A stretch of DNA of 64,000 nucleotides from Myxococcota bacterium. GTDB lineage: Bacteria; Myxococcota_A; UBA796; CAJQPC01. The position numbers and the translations under genes were made by a program. The notes under the pieces are model-generated. The model did no database searches. It was not told where the DNA came from and saw only the letters and a list, made by a program, of their open reading frames with translations. Location of the stretch: the NCBI GenBank assembly GCA_036012755.1, contig DASCPX010000070.1:224001-288000 (forward strand), in the 5' to 3' direction. This document shows, piece by piece, positions 20,370-28,939 of the stretch; position 1 is the stretch's first letter; every line of letters begins with the position of its first letter.

Positions 20370-21201
20370 CGGGCGGGGGCTCGGTCTGGCCCCAGGTGTT
20401 GTCGCCCCAGCACTCGGCGTGCCCGTCGGTGGTGAGGGCGCAGGTGTGGCCGAGTCCAGCCTCGATGCTGGTGTACTCGCCGGGGATCGTCGTGGACTGC
20501 TTCAGGGCGTCCGAGCCCCAGCAGCGCGCTGTCTCGTCGTTCGCGAGCACGCAGGTGTGCTCGGCTCCGGCGGCCACCGAGAGGAAGACCCCAGAGGAGG
20601 TCGTCGTCTGGCCCTCGTCGTTGTTGCCCCAACAGCTCACGGCGTCGTCCGTGTCGATGGCGCAGCTGTGGCGCCCCCCTGCGGAGACCTCGACCCAGTC
20701 TCCTTCGGGCGCATCGGTCTGGCCGTCGGCGCCCTCTCCCCAGCAGACGAGCTGCTTGTCGGTGTCGATGGCGCAGCTGTGGTTGCTGCCAGCGGAGACC
20801 GCGGTGTAGGAGCCCTCTGGCACCTCGAGCTGACCCTCGAGGTCGCGCCCCCAGCAGGTGATGTCCCTGCCGTCCAGGCCGCATGTGTGCTCGTCCCCCA
20901 GGGCGAGGGCGTCGAAGCGGCTGTCATCGGGGGGCGAGGCCTGGCCGAAGAGATCGTCGCCCCAGCACGCGGGGACGCCGCCCACGACAAGGACGCAGAC
21001 GTGTCGCAGGCCGCTGGCCACGAGCGCGAAGCGGCCCTCTGCGGGCGCGTTCGTGACCTGCCGCTCGTCCTCTTCCCTGCCGTCGTCCTCGATGCCCCAG
21101 CAGGTGATGCTGCTGTCTTCGCGGAGGACACAGCTGTGGTAGCCGCCGACGGAGACCTGCTGCACGTCGCCGCCGCAGGCCAGGAGGAACAACCAGCTCA
21201 C
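20362..21201 (-). CDS. RCC1-repeat lipoprotein
   Basis: MSWLFLLAC; 7 repeats of VSAG..HSCA.......CWG....GQ; TAGACT-N6-GTG. Confidence 0.92.
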   Translation of the reverse strand: MSWLFLLACGGDVQQVSVGGYHSCVLREDSSITCWGIEDDGREEDERQVTNAPAEGRFALVASGLRHVCVLVVGGVPACWGDDLFGQASPPDDSRFDALALGDEHTCGLDGRDITCWGRDLEGQLEVPEGSYTAVSAGSNHSCAIDTDKQLVCWGEGADGQTDAPEGDWVEVSAGGRHSCAIDTDDAVSCWGNNDEGQTTTSSGVFLSVAAGAEHTCVLANDETARCWGSDALKQSTTIPGEYTSIEAGLGHTCALTTDGHAECWGDNTWGQTEPPPDG

Positions 21202-21256
21202 GCCGGGAGTCTATCAATCAGCTCCGTAGTCACTCACCGGAGGCTATTGTCTGGAC

Positions 21257-22831
21257 GTGTCAAGGCCGAGTCGTCGAGACCTGCTGCGTGGACTGGGCGC
21301 GACCGCTGCGCTCGTCTTCGCGAGGCCCGCCTTCGCCGAGGACAGCGCCTGGCAGGTGAGCTACTGCGCCTGCTCCGACCTCGACGAGGCCCTCGACCAG
21401 CTCGCCGAGGTCGAGGCGGTGCTCGGCGAGGACGTCGCTCGCCGCATGGGCGTAGTGCTCACATCCGAGCGCGCCTACCACGTCGTGCTTCCGGTGGAGG
21501 GGGGCGAGGCCAAGGCCGCGGCCATCGTGGAGCAGCACGACCAGGTGCTCAAGGAGGCCTGGGGTGCCGACGAGGCCCAGGCGACGCTGCTGCAGGTCCG
21601 AGTCGAGACCGAGCTCTACAACGTCAGCTACGGCCTCGGCCCGAACTTCGACGCGCTGAAGCGGGACTACGACCGCGTGGCGCGAATGCTCGGCACGGGG
21701 GTGGCGCGGGACCTCGTCATCGAGCGGACCCAGAAGGGCAACTACGCCCTGGTCTACAGGCGCTACGGCGACCTCACCTCGACCCGCCGGGTGGCCTCGA
21801 AGCACGACTCGCTGTTGCGCAGCGTGGGCGTGGACGCCTCGGTCATTCGCCACAAGAACAACGCCATCGTCTGGAGCGGCTCGTCCGCTGTCGTGCCGCG
21901 GGTCTCGGTGGTCGTCCCCGACCCCGCAGAGGACCCAACGCTGGAGACGCCCGCGCTGGAGGTGCCCGCTCTCGAGGTGCCCGCTCTCGAGGTGCCTGCT
22001 CTCGAGGTCCCGGAGTCCCTCGTCGAGCTCATCGCGATGGCCGCTCCGGACTCGGCCCTCGCTGCTTCCATCGAGGGCCACGTCAAGGCCATGCGCGGTA
22101 GCGGCATCGTGGCCAGCGACGAGCACACCAGCTGGCTGGTCTACGACCTGCAGGAAGACAGGCCGCTGGCGTCGATCAACGTCGAGGTCCCGCGGCAGTG
22201 CGCATCGATGATCAAGCCGTTGGTGGCGCTCGCCTACTTCCACCGCGTGGCGGCAGAGGAGCTGAGCTACGGCGACGACGAGAAGCTGAAGTTCGAGCGC
22301 ATGATCCAGAAGTCCTCGAACAGCTCGACGGACTGGGCGATCGGAGAGGTTGGCGGCCCCGGAGCGGTCGACCGGCTGCTGGAGGAGCACTACAGCCACC
22401 TCTTCCCGCAGACAGAGGTCGTCGAGTACATCGGCAGCTCTGGTCGCACCTACCTGAACCTGGCCTCCGCCGGGGACCTCGGGCGCTTCCTCCGGGCGTT
22501 GTGGAGGGACGAGCTGCCGATGTCCAAGGAGCTCAAGCGGCTCATGAACCTACCCGGCCGCGACCGCCTCTTCGACGGCGCCCCGGCGATCCCGGTGGGC
22601 ACCGCCGTCTACAACAAGACCGGCAGCACGGCCAGGCTCTGCGGCGACATGGGCATCCTCGTCGCCCACAAGCCCGACGGATCGAGCTGGGCCTACGCCA
22701 TCGTCGGCATCATCGAAAAGGACTCCCGCACCTCGAGCTACACGAGCTGGATCCGCAACCGCAGCAAGGTCATCCGCTCGGTCTCGAACCTGGTCTATGT
22801 CGAGCTGAAGGACCTGGAGGGGCTGCTCTGA
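21257..22831 (+). CDS. Tat-exported class A beta-lactamase-like serine hydrolase/PBP with N-terminal SPOR-like repeats
   Basis: SRRDLL Tat motif; CASMIK (SxxK), SSN, KTG; TATTGT-N6-GTG. The SPOR-like call is tentative. Confidence 0.8.
   Translation: MSRPSRRDLLRGLGATAALVFARPAFAEDSAWQVSYCACSDLDEALDQLAEVEAVLGEDVARRMGVVLTSERAYHVVLPVEGGEAKAAAIVEQHDQVLKEAWGADEAQATLLQVRVETELYNVSYGLGPNFDALKRDYDRVARMLGTGVARDLVIERTQKGNYALVYRRYGDLTSTRRVASKHDSLLRSVGVDASVIRHKNNAIVWSGSSAVVPRVSVVVPDPAEDPTLETPALEVPALEVPALEVPALEVPESLVELIAMAAPDSALAASIEGHVKAMRGSGIVASDEHTSWLVYDLQEDRPLASINVEVPRQCASMIKPLVALAYFHRVAAEELSYGDDEKLKFERMIQKSSNSSTDWAIGEVGGPGAVDRLLEEHYSHLFPQTEVVEYIGSSGRTYLNLASAGDLGRFLRALWRDELPMSKELKRLMNLPGRDRLFDGAPAIPVGTAVYNKTGSTARLCGDMGILVAHKPDGSSWAYAIVGIIEKDSRTSSYTSWIRNRSKVIRSVSNLVYVELKDLEGLL
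21941..22015 (+). repeat. Coding tandem repeat, 5 x 15 bp (LETPA, LEVPA x3, LEVPE)
   Basis: Consensus CTCGAGGTGCCCGCT units read directly in the sequence. Confidence 0.9.
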
Positions 22832-22864
22832 CGGGGCCAGCGGAGCGGCGCGACCGTTCAGCTG

Positions 22865-22970
22865 CTACGGCAAGACCATCTCCAGCCTGAACCAGCCGTC
22901 TCCGAGCGCTCGGCAGTTGCTGTCGGTCCACACCCACTGCGCTCCGGTCCCCGTGATGTCACTGGGGGAG
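22865..22970 (-). pseudogene. Orphan 3' gene fragment (..SPSDITGTGAQWVWTDSNCRALGDGWFRLEMVLP*)
   Basis: Protein-like C-terminus with a stop at 22865 but no plausible 5' part. Confidence 0.45.
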
Positions 22971-23602
22971 TGGCGACCGCGGCCGTGCCCCTGACCCTGA
23001 AGACCCTGCCGTCCGCGGACGACGATGACGGTGACGGCTTCGGCGCGCTCGACTGTGACGACACCGACGCCAGCGTCTTCCCGGGCGCCGACGAGGCGCC
23101 GGACTGGCTCGACAACGACTGTGACGGCGACGACGACTGCGACGGGTTGGTCGATGACGCCTGTGTCGGCGAGGTCTCGACCTCGATCGTCGGTGATCTC
23201 CGGCTCTCCCAGACCACCATCGAGAGCGGCCAGAGCCTGACCTTGTCGGTCTGGCTCGACGGGCCTGGGCAGCTGTTGTTCACCCTGCCGGAGGGCGAGA
23301 CCATGGAGTCCGACTACGCCACGTGGACCGCACCGGCCGTGGAGGAGCCCACCAGCTTCGTCGTTGCGGTCGAGGTCTACCAGGACGGGGAGCGCACGGA
23401 CTTCCGGACGGGCGAGCTCGGTGTCTGGCCTCCGGACACCCTCGCCGTGGCCGAGCCCGAGCTGGTCGAGGTCCCCTCCGGTTGCTCGACGAGCCGTGGA
23501 CCAGCTGGCACGGTCCTTGTCATCGCCGGATTGCTGCTCGTCGTTAGAAACCGGCGATGCTCTTCGCACTGCTCGCCTGCAACGGCCCCCAGACCTTCCT
23601 GA
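22970..23602 (+). CDS. MopE-type repeat protein with a MYXO-CTERM-like tail, probably 5'-truncated
   Basis: DGDGF...DCDD....FPGA.E....DNDCDG; SGCST...TM...RNRR; no signal peptide. Confidence 0.55.
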   Translation: MATAAVPLTLKTLPSADDDDGDGFGALDCDDTDASVFPGADEAPDWLDNDCDGDDDCDGLVDDACVGEVSTSIVGDLRLSQTTIESGQSLTLSVWLDGPGQLLFTLPEGETMESDYATWTAPAVEEPTSFVVAVEVYQDGERTDFRTGELGVWPPDTLAVAEPELVEVPSGCSTSRGPAGTVLVIAGLLLVVRNRRCSSHCSPATAPRPS

Positions 23603-24588
23603 CCTACAACGCCGGCCTCGCGGTCGGCTTCGTGCCCGGCGCCGAGGATCGGGCTGCCAAGACGGCGGCCGCGGTCAACGGCGTCGAGGCCGACCTCGTC
23701 TGCCTGCAGGAGGTCTGGCGCTCCGACCACGCCGAGCTCTTCACGGGGGGCTGGGCCTCGACCTACGTGCCGGATGCCCAGCAGGACCTCGGCGATGGCG
23801 CCGCCTGCACAGAGGACGATCTGTCCAGCCTCGTCGAGTGCCTGGACGAGAACTGCTTGGACGTCTGCACCGACGAGCTCGTCGACTGTGTCTTCGACAA
23901 CTGCGCCTTCCCCTTCCTCGGGCTCGAGACCGGCTGCCAGAGCTGCGTGATGGCGAACGTCGGCGGCGACATCGACGCGGTCACCGAGACCTGCCTCGTC
24001 GAGTCGACCACCTACGCCTACGACGGCAGCTTCGGCACGGCGCTGCTGTCCCCCCATCCGCTGGTCGGCGCAGAGGAGCACGTCTTCTCCAGCACCACGA
24101 ACCGGCGCTCGGCGCTGCACGCCGTGATGGAGGGGCCCGCCGGAGACGTGGACGTCTACTGCACGCACCTCACGGCGGTCTTCGATCTCATCCCGTACAC
24201 CGGCGACGCCGGCTCATGGGACGAGGAGCAGGAGGCGCAGGTCGCGGAGCTCCGGGACTGGGTCGACCAGACCGCCACCAACCCGGTCGTGATGCTCGGC
24301 GACTTCAACAACGGGCCGACGGACAACGTCAACAACTACAACGACCTGTCCAAGGGCTTCGACAACGCCTACCTCGAGGCCGGGCTGGACTGCACCTACT
24401 GCTCCGACAACCCGCTGAACTCGGAAGACAGCGAGGATCGCGTCATCGACCACGTGCTCACCCGGGATCTCGGCGGGGAGTTCGTCGCCGAGCGGACGCT
24501 CGACGCCCCGGTCGAGATCGAGTCCTGCGGGACCTCGTCAGAGGGCGCCTACTCGGACCACTACGGCGTCAGGGTCACCAATCAGTAG
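23557..24588 (+). CDS. Endonuclease/exonuclease/phosphatase family lipoprotein with a Cys-rich insert
   Basis: MLFALLAC; TYN, CLQEVW, THL, GDFN, IDHV, SDHYGV. Confidence 0.9.
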   Translation: MLFALLACNGPQTFLTYNAGLAVGFVPGAEDRAAKTAAAVNGVEADLVCLQEVWRSDHAELFTGGWASTYVPDAQQDLGDGAACTEDDLSSLVECLDENCLDVCTDELVDCVFDNCAFPFLGLETGCQSCVMANVGGDIDAVTETCLVESTTYAYDGSFGTALLSPHPLVGAEEHVFSSTTNRRSALHAVMEGPAGDVDVYCTHLTAVFDLIPYTGDAGSWDEEQEAQVAELRDWVDQTATNPVVMLGDFNNGPTDNVNNYNDLSKGFDNAYLEAGLDCTYCSDNPLNSEDSEDRVIDHVLTRDLGGEFVAERTLDAPVEIESCGTSSEGAYSDHYGVRVTNQ

Positions 24589-25112
24589 CGCCGCGCCGAC
24601 CGCCGGCGCGCCGACCACCGGGACTTGGAGGCCAGGGTGGGCCCCCAGGCGATGATGGCGCTGTAGGCGACGCTGGCGATGACGCAGCCGGCGGCCACGC
24701 CGTAGATGTCCTCTTCGGGCGGCAGCGCGCTGGTCAGGATGAGGGCCGGGACGGCGCCTGCCACGAAGCCCCCGAGGGTGGCGGGGATCATCCAGGTCAC
24801 GGCCCCTGCCGCCTGGATGCCGAAGGGCTGGCCGTTGACGATCCAGCTGCCCAGGCTCGCGGTCATCACCCCCATCGCCGGGATCGTCACCAGCCAGGGG
24901 TAGACGGGCAGGTTGGGGTCGGAGAAACGCCAGGCGGTGAGACCTACGGTGGTCGCGCTCATGGCCACGGCGGTCGAGAGCGCCGAGATCTCCCAGGTGC
25001 GGGCTGTCGGGAAGCGATCGTAGGAACCGGCGATCCAGCCGTAGCCTGTCGGCTCGTGGACGCCGAGATCGGTCGCGGCGGCCGTACTCATCGTGGCGAG
25101 AAGCGCTAGCAT
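24582..25112 (-). CDS. Hypothetical membrane protein
   Basis: GGAG upstream of ATG 25112; about 4 hydrophobic segments. Confidence 0.55.
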   Translation of the reverse strand: MLALLATMSTAAATDLGVHEPTGYGWIAGSYDRFPTARTWEISALSTAVAMSATTVGLTAWRFSDPNLPVYPWLVTIPAMGVMTASLGSWIVNGQPFGIQAAGAVTWMIPATLGGFVAGAVPALILTSALPPEEDIYGVAAGCVIASVAYSAIIAWGPTLASKSRWSARRRSARRY

Positions 25113-25193
25113 GCTCTCTCCACCTGCCGATCTCAGCCTACGCCCTTTCTGCAGGGGCTGTGACACTCGTTGGCGGATACTCCGCGGGCTGTG

Positions 25194-25760
25194 ATGCTCC
25201 GGCTGTCATTCCTTGCCTGCGCCGCGAAGCAGGACATCGGACTCTCTGACGGCGAGGTCGTCGAGCAGTTCAAGGGACTCCACGCCCCGGTCTACGAGGT
25301 CTATGACCTCGCCGGCGATCGACAGGCCATCCACGAGCTGCTGAGCGACAGCTTCACCGGCGAGGCCCTGACCAGGGAGTACGTCGAGCACTGGACGACC
25401 CTGGCCCACATGGAGCGCGAGCAGACCTCGATCCGCGTGAAGAAGGTGGACTACGAGACGGTCGAGGTCCTCGAGCGCGCCCCGGGCGAGGTCCGGGTGG
25501 ACGTGGACTGGTCCGTCGGCGGCATCGTGACCCACCAGGCCCACAAGCACCCCCGGGTGAATCGCTACCGCGCCGTCTACACGTTGCGAGAGACCCCGGA
25601 CGGCCTGCGCATCACCGCCACGCGCATGCGCAACCTCGAGCGCATCAAGAACGTGCTCTCGACCACCGACGACGAGGGCTTCCTGCTCGACGAGCTCCCC
25701 AGCGGCGGGGGCGGCTTCATGGATCCCCTGGACCTGCTCGAGCTCATGGAGGGGGAGTGA
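25194..25760 (+). CDS. His-motif lipoprotein associated with the ABC cluster
   Basis: MLRLSFLAC; WSVGGIVTHQAHKHPRVNRY; GTGA-coupled to the ABC ATPase. Confidence 0.65.
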   Translation: MLRLSFLACAAKQDIGLSDGEVVEQFKGLHAPVYEVYDLAGDRQAIHELLSDSFTGEALTREYVEHWTTLAHMEREQTSIRVKKVDYETVEVLERAPGEVRVDVDWSVGGIVTHQAHKHPRVNRYRAVYTLRETPDGLRITATRMRNLERIKNVLSTTDDEGFLLDELPSGGGGFMDPLDLLELMEGE

Positions 25761-26425
25761 TCCGGGCTCGGGAGCTCCGCTTCTCGTACCCGCAGCGACC
25801 CGGCGAGGAGCGCTTCTCGCTTCACCTGCCCGCCTGGGAGGTGGCCGCTGGTGGTCGCGTGGCGCTCTTCGGACCGAGCGGCTGCGGCAAGTCCACGCTC
25901 CTGAACCTCGTGGCGGGGGTCCTCTGTCCCGACGCAGGCTCCCTGAGCGTCGCCGGCTCCGACCTCGCGGCCATGTCCGAGGTCGAGCGCCGGGCCTGGC
26001 GCATCAAGAAGATGGGCTTCGTCTTCCAGGACTTCCCGCTCGTGGACTACCTGCCGGCGGAGGAAAACGTCCTGCTGCCCTACCGGCTGAATCCGGCGCT
26101 GTCCCTCGACAGCGCGGCGCGCGCGAGAGCGAGGGATCTGTTGGGTCTGCTGGGCATCGGCCAGATGACCCGCCGTCGCCCAGGCGAGCTGTCCCAGGGC
26201 GAGCGCCAGCGCGTCGCCATCGCCAGGGCGCTCGTGACGGAGCCCTCTGTGCTGCTCGCCGACGAGCCGGCGGCGGGCCTGGATCCCGAGTGCACCACCT
26301 CCTTGATGGACCACCTCGACTCGCTCTCAGAAGACTTCGGGCTCACGCTCTTGCTCGTCACACACGACCCGGGCCTGCTCGAGCGCTTCTCCTCGCGGCT
26401 GGCCGTAGAGGAGCTGCGGGCGTGA
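25757..26425 (+). CDS. ABC transporter ATP-binding protein (LolD/MacB-like)
   Basis: GPSGCGKS, GFVFQ, LSQGERQRVAIARAL, LLADEP, LVTHD. Confidence 0.93.
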   Translation: MIRARELRFSYPQRPGEERFSLHLPAWEVAAGGRVALFGPSGCGKSTLLNLVAGVLCPDAGSLSVAGSDLAAMSEVERRAWRIKKMGFVFQDFPLVDYLPAEENVLLPYRLNPALSLDSAARARARDLLGLLGIGQMTRRRPGELSQGERQRVAIARALVTEPSVLLADEPAAGLDPECTTSLMDHLDSLSEDFGLTLLLVTHDPGLLERFSSRLAVEELRA

Positions 26426-27576
26426 TCCGCCACGCCCTCTTCCTGGCCTTGCGGTACCTGGCCTCGGCGCCGGGTCGCACGGTGGTCCTCGTGCTCGGGA
26501 CGAGCGTCGCGCTGTTTCTGCCCCTGTTCACGTGGCAGGCCTCGCAGCTCATCGAGGACACCCTGATGGCCAGGGCGGAGTCGTCGCCGGTGCTGGTGGG
26601 CGAGAAGGGCAACGAGTTCGATCTCACGATGACGGGCCTCTACTTCCGGGGCCAGGTCAAGGAGACCATCCCCAGCGCCAGCGTCGAGCGGGGCGCCGAG
26701 GCCGGGATCGCCGTGCCGCTCTATGTCAGCCACAGCATCGGCGGTTCCCCGCTGGTGGGCACATCGCTGGACTACTTCAGCGCTCGGGACCTGGAGCTCT
26801 GGGATGGCCGCAAGCCGGCCCTGTTGGGCGAGATCGTGGCCGGGTGGGAGACCGCCGCCGCCTTCAACATCCAGGTCGGCGACAGCGTGCGCTCGGACCT
26901 CACGAACCTCTACAACATCGCCGGCGCCTACCCGATCCTGCTCGAGGTCGTCGGCATCCTGGAGCCGACCGGGACCCCCGACGACCACGCCTTCTTCGCC
27001 GATCTCAAGACGACCTGGGTGCTGGACGGGCACCTCCACGGCCACGAGGAGGTCACCCTCGACAACTCCCTGAACCGGGACGCCGGCACCGGAGAGAACC
27101 TCGAGGCCACGGCGGCCATCTTCATGATCACGGAGGTCACGCCAAGGAACCGCGCCTCCTTCCACTTCCACGGCGACACGGGCCACCTGCCGATCTCGAG
27201 CGTGCTGGTCTTCCCCGATGACCAGCAGGCCCACGACCTGCTCCTGGGTGACTACGCCCTCGACGAGCAGCTCCAGGCCGTCCGTCCGGTCACCGTCGTG
27301 CGCACCATCCTCGGCATCGTCCTGCGGGTGCGCGAGGGAGCCACCGTCTACTTCGCCGCGGTCGCCGTCTCGACGCTGGCCTTCTTCGCGCTGGTGCTGG
27401 TGCTGTCGTTGCGGCTGCGGCGCGCCGAGCTGAGGCTCATGGAGCGCATCGGCTGCAGCCGCGGGACCGTCGCTTCGATGGTCGCTGCGGAGGTGTTGCT
27501 GGTCGTGGGCGCGGCTGCTTTGGTGGCGATACTGAGCACCTTCGGAAGCCTCACCTTGCTGGAGAGTGTCCTGTGA
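26422..27576 (+). CDS. ABC permease, FtsX/MacB (type VII) family
   Basis: GTGA start; LALRYL, TM1, large extracytoplasmic domain (VVGIL..TGTPDD), C-terminal TMs with RR.EL.LM..IG.S. Confidence 0.85.
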   Translation: MIRHALFLALRYLASAPGRTVVLVLGTSVALFLPLFTWQASQLIEDTLMARAESSPVLVGEKGNEFDLTMTGLYFRGQVKETIPSASVERGAEAGIAVPLYVSHSIGGSPLVGTSLDYFSARDLELWDGRKPALLGEIVAGWETAAAFNIQVGDSVRSDLTNLYNIAGAYPILLEVVGILEPTGTPDDHAFFADLKTTWVLDGHLHGHEEVTLDNSLNRDAGTGENLEATAAIFMITEVTPRNRASFHFHGDTGHLPISSVLVFPDDQQAHDLLLGDYALDEQLQAVRPVTVVRTILGIVLRVREGATVYFAAVAVSTLAFFALVLVLSLRLRRAELRLMERIGCSRGTVASMVAAEVLLVVGAAALVAILSTFGSLTLLESVL

Positions 27577-28397
27577 TCGCCTTGTTGCTCGCATGCTCCG
27601 GCGACCCCGAGATCACGACCGCTCCGGAGCCCGCCGGGCCGCTGACCGTGAGCACGACCGACTGGCCGGCCCACTACCTCGTCGAGCGCATCGGTGGACA
27701 GCACGTGAGCGCGACCTGCATCCTGCCGGCCGGAGAGGACCCGCCCGCCTGGCAGCCTCCTGGCGAGGTCGTCGCCGCCCTCGCGGACGCCGACCTCATC
27801 GTCACCAACGGCGCTGGCTTCTCTGCCTGGATGGCGACCGCGAGCCTGCCCTCGGCCAAGGTGGTGGAGACCGCCACCGCCGTGGAGCTCATCGAGTTCG
27901 CCGGGGCGACCCACAGCCACGGGGTCGAGGGCGACCACAGCCACGCCGGCATCGACCCCCACACGTGGTCGGACCCCCAGAGCTATGGCCTCCAGGCCGG
28001 CACTGTGCGGGACGCCCTCACCGGCGTCGATCCCGCCCACGCAGAGGCCTACGCCGCCAACACCGCTGCGCTGCTCGCCGAGCTGGAGGTCCTGGACCAG
28101 TCCCTCGCGGTGGCCACTGCGGACCTGGTCGAGCTGGAGATGGCGGCGAACCATCCGGCCTTCAACTACCTGGCCAGGCGCTACGACCTGTCGATCCAGA
28201 GCTTCGACGTCGAAGGCGAGGCGCTGGGAGCCTGGGCCGAGGGGCGCGAGGACCCTGTGATGCTCTGGGAGACCACACCGGGTCTCGAGATCGTGGGTCT
28301 TCGCGACGTGGAGCTCGACCCGCTGGAGTCCGGCGAGCCCTACGACTACCTCGCGCAGGCCAGGGCCAACGTCGTGGTATTGGACGGCATCCTGTGA
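27573..28397 (+). CDS. Metal ABC substrate-binding lipoprotein (ZnuA/TroA-like)
   Basis: MIALLLAC; ADLIV.NG, His-rich loop HSHG...DHSH, DPHTW.DP, HPAFNYLARRY. Confidence 0.9.
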   Translation: MIALLLACSGDPEITTAPEPAGPLTVSTTDWPAHYLVERIGGQHVSATCILPAGEDPPAWQPPGEVVAALADADLIVTNGAGFSAWMATASLPSAKVVETATAVELIEFAGATHSHGVEGDHSHAGIDPHTWSDPQSYGLQAGTVRDALTGVDPAHAEAYAANTAALLAELEVLDQSLAVATADLVELEMAANHPAFNYLARRYDLSIQSFDVEGEALGAWAEGREDPVMLWETTPGLEIVGLRDVELDPLESGEPYDYLAQARANVVVLDGIL

Positions 28398-28750
28398 GCT
28401 TCGTCCTCATCAGCCTGGCCCTCGGCGCCGACCTGGAACGCCCGGTCCTGGGCCAGTACGCGCCGCAGCCCCGAGCGCTCTGGCTCCACGGGCCGGACGG
28501 ACCCGGGATCCCCGACGAAGGCTACGAGTACGACGAGCCCGGCAACGGCCTCGGCTGGATCGCGCTCGGGCTCGCCGCTGGGGCCGGAGGGACCGCCATC
28601 GCCATGCGTCAGTCCCGCCTCGCGATGGAGGACGCCACCTGCCGCTACGACCTCGATCAGGCCTACACGAAGAACAAGCGGCGGGGCTACTCCACCTACG
28701 GACTCCTTGGAGGCGCCGCGGTCTTCCTGGGCCTGGCGATAGCGTTCTGA
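28394..28750 (+). CDS. Small secreted/membrane protein
   Basis: GTGA-coupled start MSFVLISLALGAD; two hydrophobic segments; ends in F. Confidence 0.65.
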   Translation: MSFVLISLALGADLERPVLGQYAPQPRALWLHGPDGPGIPDEGYEYDEPGNGLGWIALGLAAGAGGTAIAMRQSRLAMEDATCRYDLDQAYTKNKRRGYSTYGLLGGAAVFLGLAIAF

Positions 28751-28863
28751 TGGCCCTGTTGCTGCTCATCTTCGCCTGCATCCAGCACGACCTCTACGAG
28801 GATCGCGTCGACGAGGTCGACACATGCGACACCGGCGGCGAGCTCGTCGAAGAGGCCGACTGA
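28750..28863 (+). CDS. 37-aa small lipoprotein (not in the ORF track)
   Basis: TGATG overlap; MALLLLIFACIQHDLYEDRVDEVDTCDTGGELVEEAD*. Confidence 0.6.
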   Translation: MALLLLIFACIQHDLYEDRVDEVDTCDTGGELVEEAD

Positions 28864-28939
28864 AGGAAATCGAGGGGATCAAACGTATTTCCAGTGAGAA
28901 CCACTCGCGGGTCTGACCTGTGAGACCACGGAGTACGCC

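Noticed and set aside
11679..22831. Two beta-lactamase-fold genes as antibiotic resistance determinants
   Set aside because: The motifs show only the serine hydrolase/PBP fold; there is no mobile context, and such proteins are often esterases or peptidases.
28864..28939. Possible c-di-GMP riboswitch upstream of the PilZ gene (GGAAAT..ATTTCC and GGTCT..AGACC stems)
   Set aside because: I could not match the class I or class II consensus; the stems are short enough to be chance.
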